This document shows positions 28,921 to 40,900 of a stretch of DNA of 64,000 bases, one piece after another. Within the stretch, counting starts at the first letter, position 1, and every line of letters starts with the position of its first letter. Under the pieces are notes generated by a model that saw nothing but the letters and a program-made list of their open reading frames with translations, searched no databases and was not told where the DNA came from. Location of the stretch: assembly GCA_040954595.2 (NCBI GenBank), contig CM082578.2, forward strand, positions 8,975,519 through 9,039,518, in the 5' to 3' direction. Position numbers and translations under genes: made by a program. This DNA comes from Balanoglossus misakiensis. Lineage: Eukaryota; Animalia; Hemichordata.

Positions 28921-31900
28921 TAAGTAAAGCTGATGTAGCTCTTGAAGACTCTTTCATTAACAAACCAACTCGACTGGCACCGTTTTGCCTAGCTTTTCTC
29001 GTAGTCTATTGTCGTTTATGGTTATCGGGTTCTTTTTTGGTTACAATTATCATAAGACTTAACGTGTATGTGCTTTCCCCAGACAACTTTGTTTTGACTC
29101 TTCCATATATTCCAGAGACACTTTCTGTAACTTCTGGCTATTTTTAAAATGAGTTTTGCTTGGTATCAGGCATAGTTTCCGTTTTCACAAAATGCACAGT
29201 TATCTTCTTGCCAAAGATTGTTATTATTGACAAATGTATTCAAGTACGGACTTGAATACAATTCTAACATAGACAATATAGAGTACTGTCTATGATTCTA
29301 ACAACAATGGGCTTTATTGAGAAGATAAATACATGTCCTAGAAATTTGATCTTGCTACTCTAGGGAGCCGGGCAAGAAACCATGGTTGATTGATGGAGCA
29401 AAAATATATACTAGACTAGTAAACAATTTCAAAAAGATACAGACAGTGGTTTTAATGTATAGAACCCCATGAACTAATTTTGTGGAATAAAATGTATATG
29501 GTTAAAAGGCGTGACCGACTCGTCTTAAAAAGCAATTATTGGTGTTCTTGTTCGGCTTGGTCACCGTACCCTATGAAAAAAATAGGAAAAGGGTGTTCAA
29601 ATGCCCCAAAAGCGTCATATATTTTCTAAACACCTTCTCTGAATATTGTCAGTTTTCAGATTTCTGCGCATGTCGTGCCCTAATGCTATCGACAACACTG
29701 CATCGTTGAAAGTGATAACCTCGCATTGCCTTTGGGTAATCCCTTAGATGCATGCAAGAGTTTCCTGTGCGCGTGCAAAACTTGGTGGTCAAGGCTTTCC
29801 ATGCGAGGCCTTCAATACCTGGCCTTGATAGTGAAGTACCCAGCAGGCATCTCTCCTATCCTCTACTACATGTACCTAGATATGCAAATGACATCTCACG
29901 AAACCAGCATAACTACCGATCCAGCCGCCATAATATTGACGTGCTGTATCATACTACGGCCACTCCACAATCACACATCTATTGCTGTGACGAGCACGGG
30001 CTCTGTGGTCAACACAAACAGTCACCATATGGCAGGAGTAGCTAGTTCACTGATGAATGTCTTGAATTGCACTGACCCCAATCTAATACATGAACATATA
30101 GTACAGCTATAGATATACATATAGCCGCCCAGGCATTTTTCTGTTGGCAGCCATTTTGATTTTAAAATAGCTTCTCTCATCACGTTTCGAATTCCCGGAC
30201 CGACCAATTTCTAGCCGGGCAGAAACGGGTGAGCTCGGAACTCAGGCTCGGATTCAGGAAAGATAGGTCCGGAAGTGGGGGAGTATGGGTATTAACCATG
30301 AGGCTAGCTAGTCCTTCAGCAGCAGAGAGCAGTCCACCGCGACGAGAATTGGCCTACCATTGTTATGCAAATGCCAGACTTAATAGCATCCAGTATACCA
30401 ACAGCCGGCTTTGTGCAGAGGGAAAGTGATTACACACATTGTCAACGCAATGTGGCCTACACGTCTTTGAGCAGCGCCGGGCGCACCCTGATCACCTCTG
30501 CCTCATTGATATCCTTGCCCGACAAGCATTTTCAACAGAAACACTTGCAGAATGGGAGCAGTACTGTAAAGGGGAAATCGTCTCACAGGTAAGTTGTCAA
30601 CACACAGATACAGAATGTGATAGACTCGGATAATGTATGAATGGCGCAGGGTCTCACCCTTTCTGTGTTCTCACACCCAGTACTCAATGTCACGGAATTT
30701 TAACTGACACCACTCGACCCGCCGAGCATATACGGTCACTCCTGTGTTTTTTAAAAACAGAAATCCCAGGCGATATTATAATTAATCAGTGAACCCGACA
30801 ACGACTTCATATTATTGACCTATTTTGATCGGCCGCGTTGTTGGAAATTTGCATGGCATTCTCGTGAAACCTGCTCTGCCGCGCCGGCCGCGCCGCTCCA
30901 CACCCAAACCAACAACCCGCCTGGTCACATGTCCCTGACTGACGGTGCGCACACCGCCGGAGACCCCGGTTAACCCCTGTGGACACTGAATTCCCTTTTG
31001 ATCATACATGTATTTCGATCAATATTGCACCTGGGCATATGAACCTTTCACGGCAGTTAGGTCAGTTGTACACTGCCAGCAGGTGGTTTCCCGTTCACCG
31101 CCGTTCGTTCATGCCACACCGTACCGTAAATTATACGGCCGTAGACGTATGCATGTATGCATAGTTTAAATGGTTTAATTAACAAACGTGAACACCGTAC
31201 AATAACACGCAAAAGCCAAGCCGTGGTAGAAAAAAAAACATCACGAGGTGTAAATATGACGTGCTGGGAAGATGTCTCGAAAACGATATATTGTATGGGG
31301 ATTTACCCTGTTTCATGTTTTATAATATTCTAAGCTGAGGAGTCGGACCGTGAGAACACTCATCGGAGTGTGACTTGTTGCTTCGGGCATGGAAAAGCAA
31401 CTCTTTGTCTTTTGTTTAACACCGTCATTGAAGTAATTCCAATACAATTAATTGACCCAGGTGAATGCCCGAGTGATGACATAATGCTCGGGGCTTTGAG
31501 AAAAGAGAGAGAGCGGTCTCCGAAACTCAGGAAGTTCGTGTATTATTTTTTACGTGGGTGCCTTCCACCCGCACACGCGGATAGCAAAAATCTGACGAGG
31601 GGTTGAAACGCCGCGGCGCTTTAATCAGCCGCAATACAAATGCTTTCATAAAGGAAAAGTACTCCCGACTGCTAAAGCCTGTGTGTCTGCTGTTGGGTAG
31701 CTTGCGTCGACGTTTCTCCTTCGCCCGTGCAGAACGGCGAATGAATATTAGGCAATTGAGAGAGGGTCACATTTTGGTGTGACACCGCAACAGGTCAATG
31801 ACCCGTGATTCAGGGTCTGATAATGCCTAAATAAAGAGGTGAGAAAAGCGAATCTGATATATTGTTTCTAGAAAAAGACAGCTACGGGCTACAGCCACTG

Positions 31901-33215
31901 GATCTATTTTTGCTTCTTCAGAAATGCCCTGGGAATTACGCGTATATAGGTCATATCTATTTTAATACAAAAATTATTGTCGCCTGTATAAAACCAACAC
32001 AGGGAACATATATCAAACAGTTGTGTCTGATTTCCTAGTGGTTCAAACGAAAAATTCAATGTTTAGTTATTTTGTTGATCGGTAACCGATATATTTCTCC
32101 GACATTAGATATTTCTTTGCTGGCTTTTGCATCAACTTTGTTTCCCTTTGACTCTTGTTCGTTTTTTTCAGGACTTAATGCCTTGTAGACGTATTGCGTG
32201 TCTTATTTTAGGACCCATAAAGAAATAAAGGTAAGTTAAAACCGAATCCCTGGGAAATGACGAGAGGAGAATAATACTATATCCATAATTAATATGGCAC
32301 CAACTAACACGTTATGCTGCCTGATTGAAGGTATTTCTTACAAGAAATATCAAAACCCCCTGTCCCCGTCTGTTTACTAACGAACAGTCAACACTTAATA
32401 GTTCATTACAGGCTATAAAACGAGGAGGGATTTATAAATGTGCGAAGGAGGGTTCTAAATTGAAAACTTTGCATGTGGTACAATGGAATGACTATAAAAC
32501 GCTGTGACCCGCCTGCCACTCATTGTTCAATGTCTGCGAATGTAATCCGCCATAATAATTACGGTCGCCGTCTTTTGTCGTTTGGAGTTTTACGTGTAAC
32601 CCTTCCCAATTTTAGATGATTTGCCAGTTAACGTTGTCGCTCGTGGTTTCTGCTTTTGAAAATTCGTTGATTTTCGCGTAAGTCGTTACTTACACACACC
32701 TTTCCGACATCAGTTCTAACATAGTACCCATAACAACCTTTCTAATATCATTGTCTCGACCCCTGAGCAGATCTTAACCCTTCATGTGTCTGCGGGGAGT
32801 GTGCTGTAATACTGGGAATATGCATATTTTGTGCTAAGGAAACGGCGTTGTTTTAACCGTAGACAGTAATCTATGTTTTAACTAGATTTCGAAATTACTA
32901 CTGTGATGTCCAAGTAATCTCTACAGCCTTCTCGGCTCTATAACCCCACTAGGTTGGAAGTGCACCACGTTCTTTTTTCTGAAATAAATCTAAAATAATA
33001 TTTGAAACCCTTCAAGTTCGTGACTAGTAATCACATGTCAAAGGTTACCTAAATTCATATACACATACTTGTAATTATTAGCCCCTACTGAGGTGCCAAT
33101 TACAAGTATTTTCTAATAACACGGTGGTTACATAAATAACTTTAAAGCGGACTCATAATATGACGCATATTTTGTCTGTCGACAGGCGTTCATCGTTGCA
33201 GCAACTCTTGGTGCC

Positions 33216-35416
33216 ATGGATTACTACGACGACTCGTACTACGGAGACGATGGTTCTTCGGTCGGGTTCGAAGGGGGCGCCCGCTCGCTGGCCATTGCCA
33301 ACCAGGCCGTGGTCACGGTGACCCTCGTCGTCCTCATGGTGGGCATGGGCTGCACGATGACAACCACCGACGTGCGGAAGACGTTCAAGAAGCCGGCCGG
33401 GATCATCATCGGAGCGTGCTGCCAGTTCATTCTGATGCCGTTCCTCGGCTGGTCCCTGGCTCACATATTTACCCTCCCGCCGGAGCTGGCCCTCGGAATG
33501 CTGTCTGTCGCTACTTGTCCCGGCGGGGCGTTCTCTAACCTGCTGACATACTGGGTGGACGGTGACACATGCCTAAGGTAATGATAATAATAAAACACCT
33601 CGAGGTGAATCAAAACACGGATCGGATGGCAAGATTCCTCCGAATGATTCACTCGATTTGTATGTCTTGTCACATAGTTTAGTTTGGTTCAAGTGAAGGA
33701 CGCATCGCGAGAATGTTCATAGAGAAATCTCCGGAATCACACTTATGTGATCTGGACTGGTCACCTATTAACGTTTTATGCCGGGCGAAAATTTATTTTT
33801 AGTGTTCCTCGCGCTTACAGATGCCCAATAAATGTTGAGTGATAGCTTGGTCATTGGGGGGGGGGGGGGGGGCGTTTTCATTATTTGGCCCCTTTCTCGG
33901 GGGAAGAGAAGGTGGGGGGGGGGCAAATCTTGAGCATGGCGCTAAATTCCTGTTGAGTACTCCAAGAAGTTATTTTCGAGTCGCAGAATGTGATCCAGGG
34001 TCTATACAACAAAATTCTGTTTTTTTTCTTTCAGTGTGTGCATGACAACTTGTTCGACCGTCATCGCAATAGGAATGATGCCCTTCAACCTGTTCGTCTA
34101 CAGTCGGAGTTGGTCTTCGACTGCCACCGTCATCCCTTACGTGGACATCGTCATCGCCCTCATCTTGCTTCTACTGCCGTGTCTTGTAGGAATGCTTATC
34201 CGCTGGAAGTTTCCACAAATGGCCGAGCCAATCGCAAAGGTATTACTGGTATACATATTCTATACTAGAATGTATAGCTTCTCAGTACATGTACATGTAT
34301 ATTAATTTTGAAACAACGGTTTTGTTTCGACTGACGACGACGATGATGATGATGATGATGATGATAATTCGGATTAATATTCATGTAATTTGAACCAAGT
34401 AAGTGTTCATATATGGGGCAATGTTTGTTTTGTTGCAGATGACAGGTGTTGTGGCTATGATAGGAATGATTGCTATTGTTTGTATTATTATAGCCATGAA
34501 CCCCCGCGCTTGGCTCAGTAGTTGGAGGGCGTTCATAGTAGCCATTTGCTATCCCTTGGTCGGCTGCGGACTCGGTTACGTCATCGCGTACTGCTTTCGC
34601 CAAGGCAACGCCAAGTGCCGGACTATTGCCTTTGAGACCGGCGTGCAAAACAGCGCCCTCTCACTGACTGTACTGAACCTTATGTTGACGAAAGGGGTAC
34701 GGGCCAACGTCTATGAAATGATGGTGATACCGTCCATTCACGGAACGGCCGTGGTGCTCGAATTTGCTGTGATGGCGCTGTCCTATAGGATTTACCTCAG
34801 ACGCCAGGAGAAGGCGAAAAAAGCGGCGGAGAGGAAAAAAGCGATCAACAAGAAGGTGGAGGACTGGGCCTGGTCCCCGGATGCAGTCAAATTCGCGTAC
34901 GACAACCCGGGTCTGGGAGAGAACGCGAACTCTCGAACGAGTAGCCTGGAGCGCGACAAGGACTGGCCGGACGACTTATCGTGTCCCGGGGAGTACTGCG
35001 AACTGTACGCGCCGTGGGACGATCTTTCCAGACGGCCAGATGAGCCGGAGGAGGAACCGTGGAAGCGCGCTTTGAAATACGCAAATTCTGTGCGAAAGGA
35101 CCAGCCCAAATCCAACTTCGACCAGGGAATGCAGACGGAGTTCGAAGATTCCTTCGACTACGACCAGTCGGCCAAAGACAGTGCAGCCAAAGAAGCGACG
35201 GCGGAAGCGACAGAGCCCACCGCCGCGGGAACACTCGGCTTGGCCGGCTGGAGACAGGCGCCGCCCAATCCCGCGACGCCCTTGCCGATGATTGCCGAGA
35301 GCGAAGACAGCTATATTACATCTTCTTCCAGCGATGACTCAAGTGATACAGATGTGGGAAGGAATCGTATTCGTTTCTCCATTAAAAGTTTGCCTCAGCA
35401 TGAGACTGAGATTTAG
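33216..35416 (+). CDS. SLC10-family sodium/bile acid cotransporter-like protein B, ~514 aa
   Basis: Exons 33216-33577, 34035-34239, 34439-35416; same intron positions as gene A. Motifs MVGMGC, CQFILMP, CPGGAFSN, GDTCLSVCMTTCST, RTIAFETGVQN; tail ends ETEI. Confidence 0.92.
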
Positions 35417-36292
35417 CCAAATATTTTCAGTGGACCACTTTTTACTCCTGAAATGTTACGCATTGCGAATTACGATTGAAATCTCGGATGCTGGCCATTT
35501 TTTATTTTTTTTTTTAGCCGCGTAGATTTTTATGTGCCCGTTTTTGACATTTTTATTATAAATCCACACGCATCAATGCATCTTTTGAATAAGAATTTTT
35601 ATGTTCTTAGTATTATAATCTCATGATCCCATGATCATATTTACCTCATTTCTTATTACGGACATTTGCAATGTCAGTCAATTTATGTTAAGTCGTTGTT
35701 AAGTTGACGTATTAGCAAGAAATGACAGGCAATCCGGTGGGACCGATCCACTATTTTCAACAACTGTGTCAGCTTTGGAAATGTCGTCATCATGCACATG
35801 TGTGAGTTAAACGAAAAAAGAGAACATTTCGAACTCAAATTCACGACAGATTGATGGCTCACTCTAACCATTGCCAACTGACTTTCAGGATAACACGCCA
35901 CGGGTCTCGGTTGTGTGACCGACCGGTACAAATTGTACAAATAAAATATGCAAGGTTTTTACACAATCGGTGCCGTTTCTCTTAATTCTTGTCCACATCA
36001 GTGCTGACTGAACAGTAACTTGTGGCGCCTTACTGTTCTACAGAATGATTGACATGGTGTCATTGCTCTTAAATCTTGGAAAGTGCATGAATGACCACGA
36101 GAGGGCGAAATTACACGAAAAATGGTCTCGCTATCGGGGAGAAGAACAAGAAATTGCATTTGACACACACACTAATATGCTGGTGTCATCTTAAGTATGT
36201 ACAAACAGTCCAATTTACTCTTCACTTTAGTTATTTTCTTGAATAATTCGAGAATACAGTCTGCTTTCATCACTGATCAAAAATAAGAATAT

Positions 36293-37848
36293 CTATATCA
36301 TCATGGTTACACTTCTGAACCAGGAGTGTAAATCGTCGTGGTTTCTTTCCATCCACATGCTGTTCAAGTCCACTTGGCGTAAGGCATCATAGAATCCTTC
36401 CGCTGCAGTGCTTGGCATGTCTTTGTACTTTTTACCAAAATCTTCAAGCTGGGGAACAGACAGAAGCGATATCTTAGAATAATGATGAAAACATCATCGC
36501 TGGCATGCACAAGCAGCATGCAAACCAAAAGGAAGGTGGCCATGACAAAATTGCCGCAAAATACAGCCATACAGACAGACAGACAGACATACCTGACGTT
36601 TTTCGGTCTCTGTGCTCATAAAATTGGCGAACTGCCAAATTATATCATAAGCCATGTCTTCATAGCTGGTAATAAAAAAATATAGAGCTGTTTACTGTTA
36701 ACGATAATTAGAATGCACATATATACGTGGTTGAGCACACACCCCGGCTTTCTCAGTCTAACCTGAAAAAACGCACTTACAATTGTAAGATTAATTCGAA
36801 GTTGTCCAGTGTGAAGGCCCAGATGTATTGATTGTCAACTGGTGAGTGGTACAACGCGTACGTAATGGCCTCATATATCCACAGTTGGTCCAAAGCTGTT
36901 TCGAGATACCTAAACAGACAGATAGATACATGTCAAAATCCGTTACTGCGAGTTGTGGTGATAGCAATCATGTTCCCCTGACGTCAAATACTTGCAAGAT
37001 TGTAACACCACTAAGAGAGCTTTCATTTTTGGCGAGAGGGGGTGAAACGGAGGAATCAGGGGAGGGTCAGGATCATTTTACATGACTGACCGACCTCAAT
37101 TTCCTTAACCCCATAACAAATGAATAAACAAAATTTTCTAATGGAACAAGCATGTATCACATTGCTGTGATTGTCTGTTTTTTTCTGTTTCATCTGGCCG
37201 CTGTGCCACTGAAGTACCGTGCAGTCGACAGTAGGCTTACATGTCGTCGATGCTTCATGTGCCATTGTTTAACCGGTCATACCTAGCAAGTTTCCACGAG
37301 TCTTTCGTACACGCCATGGCGGATATCAGGTAAACTTTGTCCTCAACGGTGGTGTTTGCGTCCTCGTACATTTGCCAGGCGAAGTCCCATTCGGGTTGGC
37401 CTCCATGTTTGATGGCCGTGCAGTAGACAGTCGTTTTCAAATAAGTGGGTATGCTGGGAGTACAAACAATCATTGTTATTTCTTCATCATATCTTTGTAA
37501 CGTTTGAAGAAATCTTTCCTATTCACGTTTTATTTCTTGAAGAATGATCTTAGCACGGCATTTGACCACAAATTTGACCACTGAGTATTATTACATTATT
37601 AGGTATCGTTGTATCAATTTTCGAAGAAATGCAACCACACAGTGAGGCAAAATTACTCTGACTACAGTCAACAGAATTAATTTTCTACGTACGTGTAGTT
37701 AGCAGGATCTTTCATCCACTTAGAAAACAGTTGAATGCTGTGTTGGATGCAATCGGGGTTGCCATGGACACATGCTGTCTCCAAGGCGCTGACTGTGTTT
37801 TCGCTAAACAGAAATGAATCATACATGAATATAAGAGCTTTGTCATCT

Positions 37849-37902
<54 letters not shown>

Positions 37903-37921
37903 GTGATGCTGCTGCTACTGC

Positions 37922-37953
<32 letters not shown>

Positions 37954-40900
37954 GTGATTTTAGGCAACATGTGATGAGCATTACATTGTCAAATTAAACA
38001 TACTCACTAGACGAGATATTCTTCAGAGAAGTCCCATCCGTACAGCCCATACAAGGGTGTTATAAGCATTTGGACATATTGCTGCAATAAAAATGTGATA
38101 AAACTTAATCCCTTTGTCATTAATTCAGAATGCCACGCGATCATTCTATAATACGGTTGACTTCAACCAATTTTGCCACCTTGCCCTGGGCCGCATGTGC
38201 CGGTGTCAGAGAAATACATTTGGTCAACATTAAGTGTTGGCCTTTCTCGATGAACTAAGAAATGGAATGAACGGTTCAAAGACAACTGATTGGCGTACCT
38301 CCATGTAACCATAGGCCGATTTTCCCTTCAACAAATTTGACGTGTACCATATGTTACTCAGTACTGTGTTCCAGGGGTTGTATTCTGTCTCACGGACGAG
38401 GTATTGAGTAAGCTTCCATGCCACAACTTGGTCCAGCAGCAGAGCACGGCCGATGTTGAAGGCGTCTTCCAGAAGGGCGGCCCGATTTGTAATTGTGAAT
38501 ACCTGTGCGAAGAACAGTACATGTACAAGCAAGTGTGCAAAGCCATTTACAAATGGCAAAATCAAGAAAACTATAACCAAACACTTTTTCTATACGTCTT
38601 GCACGTTTTCGGCAATTCGGTCGTTTTTCAGCAAAATGGAGTCATGACTTGTCTCCTTGCTACCTCAGGTGACTTACAGTGTGATCTGTGACAAGCCGCT
38701 CGGCGATTTTGTTCCAATTTTCGACGTCATAGTTCACTCGATAAAAACCCGTTTGGTTGATGTTGACCAACACGAAATCTTCCTTTGTGATGCCACTAAT
38801 CGCAAAATCCACTGCAAAATTAATCAGAATCAAAATTTCGTTTAAACTGACATAGAATCCGAGAAGCAGTCACTCAACATCAATTGCTTAATTAATGGCA
38901 ATCGTGATGGTAAATTCATGTCTGTACGTTCACAGTGTTCTTCTGTATGGGTTGTAGCACGGATACCAGAGAGATAACACAAAAAATACCATATATACCT
39001 GGTCCCATATTTTGCCAAATTTCCATTGGTTTAACGTTGTCTAGTTGGGCGCTATGTGTATACGTTAACGGCACATACCACTTGTAGCTGAAGTGTTTAG
39101 AATAAATAAAATTAAGCATGGAGTTAAGAAGTGAAATGAATTCGATTTGAAGAAACCGATTAGAAAAAAGACGACGACAGAAAGAATGTCACAAGTCTAA
39201 CCACATGATTCTCTATTATCATGGCGTAAGACATGGCGCATATTTACGTCATGGTGGTTACGATAAAGACGCGAACTCACCCGAAGTCGAAGTATCTGGG
39301 ATCGGGTGCATCTTCGGGGTCGAGGAGGAAGTGTTGCTGAGTTGTGTGAACCGATGCGCTCTGTCCATCGTCGTTGAACGTGACCGTCACGTTGACCATC
39401 GGATACCCCATTTGACGGATCCACGTGTCCATTATTAACTTCACGTTGTAGTTGTTTCCGCCTTTATCAGTCTAAACCAAAATGAGACCAGGAATGTCAT
39501 GTCAAGAGCTGTGTTTCTGTGGAATGATCTTATCCACGTTCTCAGACAGCAAATGAAGCGCTGATCTTCACCGATGGAATGTCTTATAACCTCACCTCAG
39601 TCAAAACAGCGAATAAATCATCGCTGACAACGTTTCCATAGGCGTGTTTGGTCAGATAATTGACCAGTCCAGTCTTGAACGTTTCCTCCCCTAGAAACTG
39701 TCTCATCATCCTCGTGAGAGCCGAGCCCTATCAACACCAAAACAAAGAATAATAAAACAACGTGATAGTGTTTGATCATAGGTAGAAGTCAGTTTTGCGA
39801 AGTTATCTGAAACGCCTCAGTTGTCGCCATCCATACAGTAGTCGTTTTCTGGTTACGGACGCCTAGAATTCTTGGTATTGAAACACAGACAATTAACATT
39901 ATGTATACATGTATAAATTTCCCCCCTGTGTCGACAGAGCTGTATATTATTGCCCTATCATATACCCATGAAATATTACTGTCTTACCTTTTGGTAGGAT
40001 ATCGTATCAAATAAAAACCAAGTCTCGTCTGGCCAGCCAATATCAGGGACAACGACGGGATGAGAGGAGCCCTTTGCATCAGCAGCAAAAGCTGGAAACA
40101 CGTCATCACGTTGGTATAATTGCTCGAACTAGCAAAAAAGCACATCGTACATTTCATTCATTAATCAATTAAATTAATTAATTAATTCACTAACTGACTG
40201 ACTGACTGACTGACTGACTGACTGACTGACTCACTCATTCATTCATTCATTCATTCATTCATTCATTCATTCATTCATTCATTCATTCATTCATTCATTC
40301 ATTCATTCATTCATTCATTCATTCATTCATTCATTCATTCATTCATTCGTCCCCTCTCTCCCTCAACCCCCCCCCCCCTACTGACGGCTACTGCAGTAAC
40401 TTTGAATTGCCCCAGATTGTCATGAATCATTTCTTGTACCTCTATCTCATTACCAAGGGTAAAGAGTACTTTCACTCACATTGTCAAACTCCGGAGTGGC
40501 GTTCTGACATCCCACGTGTTCGAAATAGCTGGTTAGTCCTTCGTTGAGCCAGATGTTATCCCACCACGCAGTCGTGACCAGGTTACCAAACCACTACGAA
40601 TGATACAAATCTCTGGATTAATACAGCATCACAGGCCGTAAAGCGAGCGAAAGTGACAGAACGTCTTTTAAAACTATTTTACGCTGTCTTTAATCTGTCG
40701 TTAGGGATTGCTTGAAAAAGGGGTTTCTGGCCACATGTTTGTGTTATTATGACGTAGTAATTATGGCATGCAGTATCATGTCCACTTTTATGTTGTTGTC
40801 TCCATTTTATTTTGAAAGAAGGCATTCCGAGAGAAAATAAGAAAAAAATCAAACAGAATACATGTCACAAACCACCTTCTTATTTACCTTGTGAGCTATT

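Noticed and set aside
29700-30600. Coding-looking stretch with a cag|gtaagt donor between the SLC10 genes
   Set aside because: No frame gives a recognisable protein; it could be a decayed transposon or orphan exon, but needs BLASTX or RNA-seq.
37677-37974. Poly-Ile and poly-Met ORFs (likewise FIHS, MYVC, WLVG and TH repeat ORFs elsewhere)
   Set aside because: Translations of intronic or intergenic microsatellites.
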